A DNA stretch of 50,564 nucleotides from assembly GCA_025465015.1 (NCBI GenBank), contig JAODMM010000091.1:1-50564 (forward strand), in the 5' to 3' direction. Within the stretch, counting starts at the first letter, position 1; each line of letters opens with the position of its first letter. The DNA comes from Cryobacterium sp. Lineage in GTDB: Bacteria > Actinomycetota > Actinomycetes > Actinomycetales > Microbacteriaceae. Positions 21,159-31,378 of this stretch are shown piece after piece. The position numbers and the translations under genes are program-made. A model generated the notes under the pieces. That model was not told the DNA's origin and did no database searches. It saw nothing but the letters and a program-made list of their open reading frames with translations.

Positions 21159-22622
21159 CTACTTCCTCCCCCATGTGGTGCCCTGTGGTTCCTGTTCCAG
21201 GTCCCAGGGACTGGAAAGCGTACCGCGGATCGCGGTTGCGGCGGCGACCAGCGGGGAAACCAGATGGGTTCGACCGCCCTTACCTTGCCGGCCCTCGAAG
21301 TTGCGATTGCTGGTAGAGGCGCAACGTTCGCCCGGAGCGAGCTGGTCGGGATTCATCCCGAGGCACATCGAGCACCCGGCGAAGCGCCATTCTGCCCCGA
21401 AATCCATGAAGATCTTGTCCAGGCCTTCTGCCTCCGCCTCGATCCGCACCCGTGCGGACCCCGGGACCACCATCATCCGCAAGCCTTCGGCTTTGGTGCG
21501 GCCCTTGATGATCTCGGCAGCGGCGCGCAGATCTTCGACCCGGCTGTTGGTGCACGATCCGAGGAACACCGTGTCGACCCTGATGTCCTTCATCGCAGTC
21601 CCGGCCACAAGGTCCATGTACTCGAGCGCCCGCTCGGCAGCCGACCGCTCATTGGCGTCGTCGATGGTGGCCGGGTCCGGCACCGCCTCGCTCAGCGAGA
21701 CGCCCTGACCGGGGTTCGTGCCCCAGGTAACGAAAGGCTCGAGCGTGTCGGCATCGAGGGATACCTCGGCGTCGAACTCGGCACCCTCATCCGACGGGAG
21801 AGTCTGCCAGTACGCAACTGCGTCGTCCCAGTCCTGGCCGGACGGCGCATGCGGACGGCCCTTCAGATACTCATAGGTGATCTCGTCCGGAGCGACCATA
21901 CCGGCGCGCGCGCCCGCCTCGATCGACATGTTGCAGATCGTCATGCGGCCCTCCATGGAGAGCGCCCGGATGGCGCTCCCGCGGTATTCGAGGACATAGC
22001 CCTGCCCACCGCCGGTACCGATCTTGGCGATAACGGCGAGGATGATGTCCTTGGCCGTCACACCCGGCCGCAGGTCGCCCTCGACCGTGATCGCCATCGT
22101 CTTGAACGGCTTCAGGGGTAGCGTCTGGGTCGCCATCACATGCTCGACCTCGCTCGTTCCGATGCCGAACGCCATCGCTCCGAAGGCACCGTGGGTCGAC
22201 GTGTGGGAGTCGCCGCAGACAACGGTGATGCCTGGCTGGGTGAGCCCCAGCTGCGGCCCGACGACGTGAACGATGCCCTGCTCAATGTCACCGAGCGAGT
22301 GCAGGCGGATGCCGAATTCCTCGCAGTTGCGACGAAGCGTCTCGATCTGGGTACGACTGGTCAGATCGGCGATTGGGCGGTCGATGCCCACAGTCGGCGT
22401 GTTGTGGTCCTCGGTGGCAATGGTGAGGTCCGGTCGGCGGACCGGGCGCCCAGCGAGGCGCAGTCCGTCGAATGCCTGCGGACTTGTCACCTCGTGCACG
22501 AGGTGCAGGTCGATGTAGATGAGGTCGGGTGTGCCGTCTTCGCCCTTGGCGACGACGTGGTTTTCCCAGACCTTCTCGGCCAGGGTTCGCGGCCGTTCGG
22601 CCACGGCTGGTGCTTCAGTCAT
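21159..22622 (-). CDS. leuC: 3-isopropylmalate dehydratase large subunit
   Basis: [36 protein letters not shown] and [12 protein letters not shown]. Confidence 0.98.
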   Translation of the reverse strand: MTEAPAVAERPRTLAEKVWENHVVAKGEDGTPDLIYIDLHLVHEVTSPQAFDGLRLAGRPVRRPDLTIATEDHNTPTVGIDRPIADLTSRTQIETLRRNCEEFGIRLHSLGDIEQGIVHVVGPQLGLTQPGITVVCGDSHTSTHGAFGAMAFGIGTSEVEHVMATQTLPLKPFKTMAITVEGDLRPGVTAKDIILAVIAKIGTGGGQGYVLEYRGSAIRALSMEGRMTICNMSIEAGARAGMVAPDEITYEYLKGRPHAPSGQDWDDAVAYWQTLPSDEGAEFDAEVSLDADTLEPFVTWGTNPGQGVSLSEAVPDPATIDDANERSAAERALEYMDLVAGTAMKDIRVDTVFLGSCTNSRVEDLRAAAEIIKGRTKAEGLRMMVVPGSARVRIEAEAEGLDKIFMDFGAEWRFAGCSMCLGMNPDQLAPGERCASTSNRNFEGRQGKGGRTHLVSPLVAAATAIRGTLSSPWDLEQEPQGTTWGRK

Positions 22623-22663
22623 GATTGGTGCGTCTTCCTCGAGAAGTGGTGTTCAGCCAGCGT

Positions 22664-22736
22664 GAACTCCGCGACGAGTGAGGCCTCAGGAGTGGGACCC
22701 GTCGCGGCAGAGAAGAAGAAGTCGACCGAACAGCAC
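22664..22736 (-). promoter_or_regulatory. LEU-element-like attenuator with leader peptide MLFGRLLLLCRDGSHS (22736-22686)
   Basis: The minus strand reads GTG CTG TTC GGT CGA CTT CTT CTT CTC TGC CGC GAC GGG TCC CAC TCC TGA, with four consecutive Leu codons. CCGCGACGGG pairs with the downstream CTCGTCGCGG. A -10-like TACCCT lies 6 nt before the GTG. Confidence 0.8.
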
Positions 22737-22805
22737 GCCATCAGGGTAACACCTCGGCCGGGAAGCAGCCCTGCGCGGCGCGGTCCCCAGCGGATCAGCC
22801 GCGGG

Positions 22806-23594
22806 TCAAGCGCCCTCGCGGGGAGTGCGGCCGGGATCCATCGCGGATTCCAGGAAAACCACAGTCACGTTGTCCCGCCCTCCTCGCTCGAGAGCGGCTG
22901 CAACGAGGACCTCCGACACGGATGCACCGGATGCGTTCTCGCCCGCGGCGACGACGGCTGCCATCTCCACCGTGGAGAGCTCTTTGGTCAGCCCGTCCGA
23001 ACAGATGAGGAAGGCGTGCCGACCCGCCGCTGGAAGCAGCCAGACGTCAGCCTCGACGGATTCGTCGGCGCCGATTGCGCGGGTGATCACGTTCCGCTCG
23101 GGATGGTTCTCGGCATCTGCTGCTGAGATGAACCCCGCATCGACCATCTCCTGCACGGCCGAATGGTCCACGCTCAGTTGATCGAGCGTGCTCCCGTCCC
23201 ACGCATACACACGGGAGTCTCCGACGTTGAATACCATCCAGTGGAAGCCGATCTCGTCACCGGTGTCGACGAAGGCAACGCCCGCCAAAGTGGTGCCCGA
23301 CACAGCGGTTCCGTAGTCATCCGCGGCGCTCAAAGCCCGCACCGCGTCGTTCGAGGAGTGGATGGCGTTGAGGATGCGTTCGGGGGTTGACGGTGAATCC
23401 GGTTCTATGTGCTCGGTGAAGACACGGACCACCGTCTGACTGGCGGCATCCCCCCGCGCGTGACCGCCCATTCCATCTGCCACGAGAAAGACCGGAGCCT
23501 GAGCCAGATAGCTGTCCTCGTTGACCTTGCGGACGGTACCGACGTCGCTCACGGCGCTGACGGAGAAACGCACAGAGCACGCCCCCAGTGACAT
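22806..23594 (-). CDS. PP2C/PPM-family Ser/Thr protein phosphatase
   Basis: RKVNEDS, VADGMGGH, NVGDSR, CSDGL and DNVT motifs; start placed at ATG 23594. Confidence 0.93.
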   Translation of the reverse strand: MSLGACSVRFSVSAVSDVGTVRKVNEDSYLAQAPVFLVADGMGGHARGDAASQTVVRVFTEHIEPDSPSTPERILNAIHSSNDAVRALSAADDYGTAVSGTTLAGVAFVDTGDEIGFHWMVFNVGDSRVYAWDGSTLDQLSVDHSAVQEMVDAGFISAADAENHPERNVITRAIGADESVEADVWLLPAAGRHAFLICSDGLTKELSTVEMAAVVAAGENASGASVSEVLVAAALERGGRDNVTVVFLESAMDPGRTPREGA

Positions 23595-23731
23595 GCCGCT
23601 CTCGCCACTCACCGCCACGTAGATCCCGCCGTTCGCGTCACCGCCCTGGTATCGGGCCCGTGCCCCTGGACGGGCGCCGGTGTTCCACCGTACCAAGTTC
23701 CCGCGGACATCCCCGAACTGTCAGTCGACGC

Positions 23732-24763
23732 TCACACGTCTTCGGTCTGCGGTGCCGGGATCTCCTCTTTCAGGGTGTGCCCGCGCCTGTGAGCGTCGCG
23801 TGTGGCTTTCAGGAGGCTGGCGATCGTCGCCACGGCCATCGATCCGACAATCACGCCCAGAGAGGTCCAGGTGTCAATCTCCGGTGCCCACTCCACTCCC
23901 GCTCCCCCGTTGATGAAGGACACTTCGTTGGTGTGAAGGGCGTGGAAGACGAGCTTCACACCGATGAAGGCGAGGATGAAGGCGATCCCGTACTTGAGGT
24001 ATTCGAGACGCTCAAGCAGACCGCCCAGGAGGAAGTACAGCTGCCGGAGCCCCATGAGAGCGAACACATTGGCAGTGAAGACGATGAACGGGCTCGTCGT
24101 TATACCGAAGATGGCAGGGATCGAGTCGAGCGCGAAGATGAGATCGGTCGTTCCGATCGCGATGAACACGATGAGCATCGGCGTGAAGATCTTCTTGCCG
24201 TCAACGACGGTCCGAAGCTTGGAGCCGTCGAAGGTCGACGAGATGCTTATGTGCCGACGCAGGTAGCGGATGACCACATTCTCGGCCGCGTCGTCTTCGT
24301 TCTCTTTGGCGACGGCCTGGTGCACCGCTGTGTAGAGCAGGAATGCACCGAAGATGTAGAAAATCCAGCTGAAGTTCTCAATGAGTTGCGCACCAAGAAG
24401 GATGAAGACTCCACGCAGCAGCAGCGCGATGATGATGCCCACCATGAGTACTTCCTGCTGGTACTTCCTTGGCACAGAGAACCTCGCCATGATGATGACA
24501 AAGACGAACAGGTTGTCGATGCTGAGGCTGTACTCCGTCAGCCAGCCGGCAAGGAACTGGCCGGCGTGTTCCGCGTCGGCCAACACAAGCATCAGCAGGG
24601 CAAAGACGAGTGCCAAGACCACGTAGAAGGCGACCCAAAGGCTGGCCTCCTTGATGGAGGGGACGTGCGGTCGCTTAAACACGATCAGAAGGTCTGCGAT
24701 GAGCACAGCGGTGAGGACGACGAGCGATCCGATTTCGAACCAGAGGGGCAGGACGAGATCCAT
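23732..24763 (-). CDS. TerC/Alx family membrane protein (Mn homeostasis)
   Basis: EYSLSIDNLFVF, DLIFALDSIPA and NVFALMGLRQLYF; preceded by a yybP-ykoY riboswitch. Confidence 0.95.
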   Translation of the reverse strand: MDLVLPLWFEIGSLVVLTAVLIADLLIVFKRPHVPSIKEASLWVAFYVVLALVFALLMLVLADAEHAGQFLAGWLTEYSLSIDNLFVFVIIMARFSVPRKYQQEVLMVGIIIALLLRGVFILLGAQLIENFSWIFYIFGAFLLYTAVHQAVAKENEDDAAENVVIRYLRRHISISSTFDGSKLRTVVDGKKIFTPMLIVFIAIGTTDLIFALDSIPAIFGITTSPFIVFTANVFALMGLRQLYFLLGGLLERLEYLKYGIAFILAFIGVKLVFHALHTNEVSFINGGAGVEWAPEIDTWTSLGVIVGSMAVATIASLLKATRDAHRRGHTLKEEIPAPQTEDV

Positions 24764-24807
24764 GAAAACCTTTCAGTGAACTGACGCCGCATGGCGCGAC
24801 ATAGGCT

Positions 24808-24926
24808 CGAAAGTCTCTCCCGCACCGGCTGGCCGACACCACCGCGCCCGGGGCTCCGACAATGCAGCCCGTACTGACGAACACGGTATAGGACCCGATC
24901 GGGATCCCGAGGGATACTCCCCTTCG
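24808..24926 (-). ncRNA. yybP-ykoY (Mn2+) riboswitch
   Basis: The minus strand shows CGAAGGGGAGTATCC...TCGTCAGTAC...GGAGAGACTTTCG, matching the family's GGGGAGUA / CGUCA / GAGAC hallmarks. It lies upstream of terC, with a -10-like TAGACT at 24940-24935. Confidence 0.85.
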
Positions 24927-25087
24927 TTGCAGTCAGTCTACCGGACGTCCCGGCGGGCTCGCAGTTCCGCGGACCACACTGGTGGCCGTGCTCCCTGCCA
25001 TCGTCAGGGTGCGAGGGGAGCCGCCCAGAAAACTGTGGTTGGCTGGTCAGAAGTTGTTTCGAAGAACAGTCTTGGGAGAGAGAATCC

Positions 25088-25609
25088 GTGATCAGCCCTC
25101 GCCGTCGCCTCGCAGCCGCTCTGGCCGTGACAACGTTGACCGCCGCCCTCACCGGTTGTTCCGGTGATTCAGCGGATTTCACTGGCAACGTCGCCACGTC
25201 TCTCCAAGAGGGTGTTCTGGGCGTAACGAACGCGGCCGCAGGCGGCAACTATGCTGCGGCTCAGACGGCCCTCGCCGCCGTGCAGGCGGAGCTGCTCGCA
25301 GCCGCCGCAGCGGGCGACGTGTCAGGGTCGCGATCTGCAGAGATCCAGTCGGCAATCAACAAGGTCGAGGCTGAACTGGCCAGGGCGCTCGCCGCAGCCG
25401 TTCCTCCGCCTGCTCCAGCACCGGTGCACACCGAACAGCCCGCCGTCGTGCCGGCGCCGGCACCGGCACCCGAGAACGATTCCGATTCCGATTCCGATTC
25501 CGATTCCGATTCGTACACCGACGGCAGCGATACCGGCGACGGGAACAGCGACAAAGGGGCCGAGGGCAACGGGAAAGTCAAGGGAGACAGATCCGACAAA
25601 GGCGACTGA
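25088..25609 (+). CDS. Hypothetical lipoprotein with Pro/Ala linker and Ser-Asp repeat tail
   Basis: Signal peptide with LTGC lipobox, an Ala-rich helical domain, then PAPAP and DSDSDSDSDSDS. Confidence 0.75.
   Translation: MISPRRRLAAALAVTTLTAALTGCSGDSADFTGNVATSLQEGVLGVTNAAAGGNYAAAQTALAAVQAELLAAAAAGDVSGSRSAEIQSAINKVEAELARALAAAVPPPAPAPVHTEQPAVVPAPAPAPENDSDSDSDSDSDSYTDGSDTGDGNSDKGAEGNGKVKGDRSDKGD
25478..25513 (+). repeat. Hexamer tandem repeat (GATTCC)x5 + GATTCG
   Basis: Read directly; in frame and encodes (DS)6. Confidence 0.95.
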
Positions 25610-25664
25610 CATAACTGCCGCCCCCGGCAGTCGGCGCAGGAGGAACATCACCGCGTTAACCATG

Positions 25665-25699
25665 AAGCCCGGCTCCACTGAATCAGTGGAGCCGGGCTT
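25665..25699. terminator. Probable bidirectional intrinsic terminator
   Basis: AAGCCCGGCTCCACTG-AAT-CAGTGGAGCCGGGCTT, a perfect 16-bp stem between the convergent lipoprotein gene and tRNA-Glu. Confidence 0.85.
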
Positions 25700-25704
25700 A
25701 TTTG

Positions 25705-25777
25705 TGACCCCAGCGGGATTCGAACCCGCGTTACCGCCGTGAGAGGGCGATGTCCTAGGCCGCTAAACGATGGGGCC
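25705..25777 (-). tRNA. tRNA-Glu (anticodon CTC)
   Basis: The minus strand GGCCCCATCGTTTAGCGGCCTAGGACATCGCCCTCTCACGGCGGTAACGCGGGTTCGAATCCCGCTGGGGTCA folds as a cloverleaf with a GTTCGAATC T-loop. CCA is not encoded. Confidence 0.97.
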
Positions 25778-26051
25778 GTTTTTGCAACTTATCGAGTATG
25801 CCACACCGCACGCGGGCGATCCAAACTGAGGGTTACCCGCATACGAGAAGGGCCGCCGATACGTTTTCGGTGACCGGCTGTGCGCCCACGTTTGCTCAGG
25901 TCCGATGCACCCGTCTGCGCCTTCGCCTCCAGACGCCCGGACGTGACCGCCGCGGCTTCCGGAACCGCTTTTTGAGCTGTGGCCGCCTCCCCGGCACGAC
26001 GACGCACGGCACCATGTTGCGGGTCCCGCCGATTCAGGATTAGCTCATGGC

Positions 26052-26690
26052 ATGAAACTGACCAAGCTCGAACACTCCGCCCTGGTTTTGGAAAGCACTG
26101 GACAAAAGCTCTTCATCGATCCTGGTTCGTTCACGACGCCGCTCACCCAGACGACGAACACTGTTGCCGTGGTCATCACACACGAGCACGCCGACCATTG
26201 GACCCCCGAGCAGCTCGACCGCATCATCGAGATGAACCCGAATCTGCTCATCTTCGGCCCACCCGGAGTGGCAGCCGCAGCACCGAGGCATGACATCACG
26301 GTCGTTCGAAACGGTGACAAAACACAGGCCGGCCCATTCTCCCTCCGCTTCTTCGGGGAGAAGCACGCCGTCATTCACGAGTCCATCCCGATCATCGACA
26401 ACGTGGGCGTTCTCGTCAACGACGACCTGTACTACGCCGGGGACTCGTTCACCGTTCCGGAAGGTGTGCAGGTCGGCACGCTCGCAGTGCCCGCCGGTGC
26501 TCCGTGGCTAAAGATCTCCGAGGTTATCGACTACGTACTTGCGGTGAAGCCGCGGCGGAGTTTCCCGGTGCACGAGATGCTGCTGTCGCGCTCGGGTAAA
26601 GACCTCTCTAACGGCAGGATCAAGGCAGCCACCGAGCAGGCTGGCGGGGAGTTCTTCGCCCTCGAACCTCTGGACACACTCGACCTGTAA
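26052..26690 (+). CDS. MBL-fold metallo-hydrolase
   Basis: IDPG, THEHADH, YAGDS and PVHE motifs. Confidence 0.92.
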   Translation: MKLTKLEHSALVLESTGQKLFIDPGSFTTPLTQTTNTVAVVITHEHADHWTPEQLDRIIEMNPNLLIFGPPGVAAAAPRHDITVVRNGDKTQAGPFSLRFFGEKHAVIHESIPIIDNVGVLVNDDLYYAGDSFTVPEGVQVGTLAVPAGAPWLKISEVIDYVLAVKPRRSFPVHEMLLSRSGKDLSNGRIKAATEQAGGEFFALEPLDTLDL

Positions 26691-26691
26691 A

Positions 26692-27735
26692 TCATCGCGG
26701 GTAGAGCACAACCCCGTCCTGCACCTCGATGGTGGCGGTCATACCCGGCCGGAACTCGTGGGCGCGGTGCCGCGGGATCAGGACGCTGAGCTCGACAGGG
26801 GCAGGCCTCCCGGCAACGCGGAGGAGCACCTCGGTCTGCGCGCCGCTCGAAGATACGGAGCCCACCTCGACAGGCGTGCCATCCGGCCCAGCCGAAACAT
26901 GGAGCTGGTCGGGGCGGATCATGGCCTTGACGAGGGCGCGACCGCCGCTTTCGTCATGGCGAACGCGAAGCCGTCCGAGAACGGAGTCCGCGTACTCCCC
27001 GTTCACCGTCACCGGCACGAAGATGGCCGTCCCGAGAAACTCCGCAGTCTCCGCATCCACCGGGTGGTCGTAGACTTCCTCCGGCGACCCGGCCTGCACG
27101 AGTCGGCCGCGCTCAAGCACGCCGACCTGGTGCCCGAAGGTCAAGGCCTCGTCCTGATCGTGGGTGACAAGGATGGTGGTGACGTTGGCGCCGTCGAGTG
27201 CCTGCACTACGGCGCGGCGAGTTTGCGCACGCAGATTGGTGTCAAGGGCGCTGAAGGGTTCATCGAGGAGAATCACTTTCGGTGACGGGGCAAGGGCCCT
27301 TGCCAAGGCCACCCGTTGCTGCTGGCCACCTGACAGCTCATCCGGGAATCGGCCGAGCATCGCCTCGTCCAACCCGACGAGGTCGCAGACATGGCGGATG
27401 CGATCGAGCTTGGCACTGCGGTCGTGCAGTCCGAACGCGATGTTCTGCCGCACCGTGAGGTGAGGGAAGAGGGCGCCGTCCTGGGCAACGTACCCAATTC
27501 CTCGACGGTGGGCGGGCATGCGCTCTGAGTGCGCAGCAAGCGTCTGGCCGTCCAGGGAGATCTGCCCACTGTCGGGATGATCGAACCCTGCGATCAGGCG
27601 GAGCAGGGTGCTCTTGCCGCTCCCGGAGGACCCAACGATCGCGGTACGGGTTCCGGCGCCCACCCTCAGGGAGATATCGCCGAGGACGGGGGTGCCGCCC
27701 AGTGATTTGGATACGGCTTCGAGAATCAGGGCCAT
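26692..27735 (-). CDS. Fe3+ ABC transporter ATP-binding protein (FbpC-like)
   Basis: [26 protein letters not shown] and [10 protein letters not shown]. Confidence 0.92.
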   Translation of the reverse strand: MALILEAVSKSLGGTPVLGDISLRVGAGTRTAIVGSSGSGKSTLLRLIAGFDHPDSGQISLDGQTLAAHSERMPAHRRGIGYVAQDGALFPHLTVRQNIAFGLHDRSAKLDRIRHVCDLVGLDEAMLGRFPDELSGGQQQRVALARALAPSPKVILLDEPFSALDTNLRAQTRRAVVQALDGANVTTILVTHDQDEALTFGHQVGVLERGRLVQAGSPEEVYDHPVDAETAEFLGTAIFVPVTVNGEYADSVLGRLRVRHDESGGRALVKAMIRPDQLHVSAGPDGTPVEVGSVSSSGAQTEVLLRVAGRPAPVELSVLIPRHRAHEFRPGMTATIEVQDGVVLYPR

Positions 27736-29297
27736 TATCGCCGGGCGACCTTCCTCGACTGCAAGAACATGATTGCCACCGCCGGCACGGAAAGCGCGAT
27801 AAGCAGGACTGCGTACGGCGCGGCATCCGCGTAGTGCAGCGAAGAGCTCGCCGACCAGAACTGGGTCGCAAGTGTCCGCGTTCCGTTCGGGGCAAGCAAA
27901 AGGGTAGCAGTCAGTTCGTTCGCCGCCCCCAGGGCAACGAGAGCCGCCCCCGCCGCGATCGAGGGCACCAGGATCGGGACCGTCACTCGCATCCGTGCCT
28001 GGATGGGGGAACGACCGAGTGCGCGTGCAGCCTCCTCCAACCCGACGGGCGCTTGAGCGATCCCCGCGCGCAGGCTTACCAGGGCGCGTGGGATGAAGAT
28101 CAGGACGTACGCCAGGAGCACCGTGAACGGGGTCTGGTAGAGGGAGGGGATCAACCGGATGGTGAGAGTGACCAGCGCAAGGGCGACAATGATGCCGGGC
28201 AGACTGCTCGTGACATAGGTGGCCCCCTCGATGGCTTTCGTGAGCCGGCTCGGATGCCGCACCGACAGCCAGGCGACCGGGAGCGCTATCAGGATGGTGA
28301 GCAGGGCACCCGCCGAGACCAAGAGCGCGGTCTGCACGACGGCCGACCCGAGTTCAGCTTGTGCCCAGGTGTCGCCAGTGCCCAGCCAACGCGCGACACT
28401 GGCCAGCGGTACTCCTGCGGCGGCGCCCAAGAGTGCGATGAGGCCGAGCAGGACGGGCAGGTTCCACAGCTTCATGCGCACCAGCGTGGCCGACCGGGGG
28501 GCGCCGGAACCGACCCGGGCGTAACGCGCGCGGCCCCGGGCGGAGGCTTCGAGAATCAAGAGAACCAAGCAGAGGGACGCAAGGACGGCTCCCAGGGCTC
28601 CGGCCGCCGGCCCGGCGAAGGTGGCCTGGTACTGCACCATGACAGCGGTGGTGAAGGTGTCGAAGCGGATCATCGCGAACGCCCCATACTCGGCGAGAAG
28701 ATGGAGGGCCACGATCAGCCCACCGCCGAGAATCGCCAGCCGCAGTTGGGGAAGAACGACCCGGATGAACACTGCCCAGGTGCTACATCCCAGAGAACGG
28801 GCACTCTCTTCAAGGGCGGGGTCGAGTCCACGAATGGCTGCGGCAGCCGGTAGGTATACGAGCGGGTAGTAGGCGAAGACGGCGATCATCACCGCACCGC
28901 CGAGGCCCTGGATCCCCGAGATCGCGCTCACCCAGCCGTAGCTGCTGACGAAAGCGGGGATGGCCAACGGGGCGGCTAGGAGGACGGCCCACAGCCTCCG
29001 CCCGGGTAGGTCGGTTCGCTCGACCAGCCAGGCCGCACCGATGCCGACCGCCAGGCAGAGCGGTGTCGCCACGGCGACGAGAAGCATCGTGTTGACGAGC
29101 AACTCCCCGACCTTCGGCCGGAAGACCAGCGGCAGGAGTTGACTGCCGCCGACCTCCACCGCGATCGAGAGCACGTATCCCACGGGAACCAGTGTGATCA
29201 GGGCGATCGCGCCGCCGAGCACGATCAGCGCAAGCGAGGGCCGACGGCTCCTGCCCTCTGCCCTGCCGACTCGCTGAAGCGCAGGGGTCATCGCCAC
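27735..29297 (-). CDS. Fe3+ ABC transporter permease (FbpB-like)
   Basis: Duplicated TM domain with two EAA motifs (LEESARSLG and LEEAARALG). Confidence 0.92.
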   Translation of the reverse strand: MAMTPALQRVGRAEGRSRRPSLALIVLGGAIALITLVPVGYVLSIAVEVGGSQLLPLVFRPKVGELLVNTMLLVAVATPLCLAVGIGAAWLVERTDLPGRRLWAVLLAAPLAIPAFVSSYGWVSAISGIQGLGGAVMIAVFAYYPLVYLPAAAAIRGLDPALEESARSLGCSTWAVFIRVVLPQLRLAILGGGLIVALHLLAEYGAFAMIRFDTFTTAVMVQYQATFAGPAAGALGAVLASLCLVLLILEASARGRARYARVGSGAPRSATLVRMKLWNLPVLLGLIALLGAAAGVPLASVARWLGTGDTWAQAELGSAVVQTALLVSAGALLTILIALPVAWLSVRHPSRLTKAIEGATYVTSSLPGIIVALALVTLTIRLIPSLYQTPFTVLLAYVLIFIPRALVSLRAGIAQAPVGLEEAARALGRSPIQARMRVTVPILVPSIAAGAALVALGAANELTATLLLAPNGTRTLATQFWSASSSLHYADAAPYAVLLIALSVPAVAIMFLQSRKVARR

Positions 29298-29333
29298 CCT
29301 GGCTCACTCCTGTTCGTGCTCGCGCAACTCATC

Positions 29334-30380
29334 TCAGATCAGCCCGACCTTCGTCATCAGGTCCGTGACCTGGGAGCTGTTCAGGCGAGCCGGGTCGATT
29401 TCCGGGGCTTCGAGCGAGGCAAGGGACGGCAGGTCTTCGTGGGGCTCGGCGCCGTCGGACACGGGGTACTCGAAGCTGGTCCCGGTTCGCAGCACCTCCT
29501 GTCCGTCTTTCCCTACGATGTACGCCAGGAAGGCCTGCGCAGCCGCCTGGTTGTCGCTTGATTCAAGGACACCGCCCCCGGAGATGCTGACGAAGGCACC
29601 GGGGTCCTCGCTCTTGAAATAGTGCAGCTTGGTGTGCGAGCTGTTCTCCTGGGTGGACGCCTGGTCACCGAACCAGTAGTAGTGGTAGATAACGCCGCCG
29701 GGGATCTCGCCGGCATTGACAGCCTTCATCACTGTGCTGTTGCCCTTGTATTCGGTGAAGTTCTCACGCATCCCGGTGAGCCACTCTGTGGTGGCGCTCG
29801 CACCCTCGAGCTCGAGGACCGCCGCGACGATCGCCTGGAAGTCGGCGCCGCTCGGCGAAGCGGCCCATCTGCCCTTCCACTCTGGCTTCGCCAAGTCAAG
29901 CAGCGACCCCGGCAGCTGCCCCTCGGTCAGCAGGGCAGGGTTGTAAGCGAAGACAGTCGACCGAGCGGCGATGCCGGTCCATTTACCCGTCGAGGGGCGG
30001 TACTGCGCGGGGAGGAGGTCAAGGGTTGCTTCATCGACATCAGCAAGCAGTCCGGCGTTCTCGACCAGCGCCATACCGGGTGAGTTCTCAGTGAGGAAGA
30101 CATCAGCAGGAGAGGCGTCGCCCTCTGCCACCAGCTGATTGGCGAGTTCAGTGTCTGAGGCGCTCCGTAGAGTGACCGTCACACCGGTCTGGTCCGAGAA
30201 CTCGTCCGCCCATGCCTGCGTCAATTCCTCATGTTGCGCGTTGTACACCACGATTTCGCTGCCCTCTAGAGAGTCCGCTGGCGTCCCGGACGGGGCCGCC
30301 GCGGGTGCAGAAGTGGAGCAACCGGCCAGCAGAAGAATGGCAGCGGTTGCGGAGGCAGTGATGGTGGCGGTGAGCTTCAT
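29334..30380 (-). CDS. Fe3+ ABC transporter substrate-binding lipoprotein (FbpA-like)
   Basis: LAGC lipobox; YNAQHE, SPADVFLTEN and IYHYYW (tyrosine iron ligands). Confidence 0.92.
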   Translation of the reverse strand: MKLTATITASATAAILLLAGCSTSAPAAAPSGTPADSLEGSEIVVYNAQHEELTQAWADEFSDQTGVTVTLRSASDTELANQLVAEGDASPADVFLTENSPGMALVENAGLLADVDEATLDLLPAQYRPSTGKWTGIAARSTVFAYNPALLTEGQLPGSLLDLAKPEWKGRWAASPSGADFQAIVAAVLELEGASATTEWLTGMRENFTEYKGNSTVMKAVNAGEIPGGVIYHYYWFGDQASTQENSSHTKLHYFKSEDPGAFVSISGGGVLESSDNQAAAQAFLAYIVGKDGQEVLRTGTSFEYPVSDGAEPHEDLPSLASLEAPEIDPARLNSSQVTDLMTKVGLI

Positions 30381-30414
30381 GGATTCTTTCGGTGTACAGG
30401 ACGGGGAGGCTGGG

Positions 30415-30433
30415 TAAGTCTAGCCTTACCTTA
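30415..30433 (-). promoter_or_regulatory. DtxR/IdeR iron box
   Basis: The minus strand TAAGGTAAGGCTAGACTTA matches TWAGGTWAGSCTWACCTWA at 17 of 19 positions, 35 bp upstream of the iron-binding protein start. Confidence 0.85.
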
Positions 30434-30561
30434 CTTGATGCGAGCGTGATGTTTTCCTGTCGATCCCCTGCGGAGCCCTCTGAGCCGCCCAGCAGCGAAA
30501 AAAGCCCTGCCGTTGTTTCCGGCCGCGGCGTACGATGGCGCCAATGAAGGAGGTGGCTGAG

Positions 30562-30756
30562 ATGCAAGCAACGGTGGGTGATCGGATCCTCATCCGTGGC
30601 AAGACGGTGGAATCGGTGGACCGGCACGGAGAGGTCCTCGAAGTACGCGGCGCTGACGGCGAACCGCCGTATTTTGTGAGGTTCGACGACGGTCACGAGA
30701 CCCTGATCTTCCCGGGCCGGGACTGTGTGGTCCAGCACACGCAGAGGGAGGCTTAG
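30562..30756 (+). CDS. DUF1918 domain small protein
   Basis: MQATVGDRILIRG...RHGEVLEVRGADGEPPYFVRFDDGHETLIFPG; AGGAGG RBS before ATG 30562. Confidence 0.85.
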   Translation: MQATVGDRILIRGKTVESVDRHGEVLEVRGADGEPPYFVRFDDGHETLIFPGRDCVVQHTQREA

Positions 30757-30828
30757 GCGCGCCGGGTAGCGTACGAGGCCTGACGGAGGAACCACTAGCA
30801 AACGACCAGAGCCAAGAAGGGTTCGAAA

Positions 30829-31305
30829 ATGAAGTCTCGTCTCAACCCATACCTGGGGTTCCGTGACAATGCCCGGGAGGCAATGAGCTTCTACCACTCC
30901 ATTTTCGGTGGGAAGCTGACCATGAGCACGTTCGCCGAGTTGCAAGCCAGCGAGGACCTTAGCGAGAAGGACAAGATCATGCATTCGCAGCTGGAGTCTG
31001 AGGAGGACTTCGTGCTGATGGCATCGGACACACCGAACAGCATGGATTATGCCCCCGGCAGCAACTGCTCGGTGTCCCTGAGCGGCGACAACGAAGGCGA
31101 ACTGCGCGGATACTGGGACAAGCTAGTCGAGGGCGGCACAGTCGCCCTCCCACTCGAGCGTGCCCCCTGGGGCGACAGCTTCGGTATGTGCATGGACAAG
31201 TTCGGGGTGAGCTGGCTGGTGAACATCGCGGGGTCACCGACAGCAGACGAATCCGAGTCGGCGCCGTCCGAGTCGCAGAGCGCGCCGTCCGAAAACCCCC
31301 TCTAG
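30829..31305 (+). CDS. VOC/PhnB-like family protein
   Basis: LNPYLGF..NAREAMSFY, KIMHSQL and WGDSFGMCMDKFGVSW. Confidence 0.9.
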   Translation: MKSRLNPYLGFRDNAREAMSFYHSIFGGKLTMSTFAELQASEDLSEKDKIMHSQLESEEDFVLMASDTPNSMDYAPGSNCSVSLSGDNEGELRGYWDKLVEGGTVALPLERAPWGDSFGMCMDKFGVSWLVNIAGSPTADESESAPSESQSAPSENPL

Positions 31306-31322
31306 ACGCCGCTCCCTGAGAA

Positions 31323-31363
31323 CCAGACGGGCCGGGAAGCCCGCTGCTTCCCGGCCCGTTTGG
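31323..31363. terminator. Hairpin between convergent genes
   Basis: CCAGACGGGCCGGGAAGC-CCGCT-GCTTCCCGGCCCGTTTGG. Confidence 0.75.
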
Positions 31364-31378
31364 CCTACTGCCCGTCAT

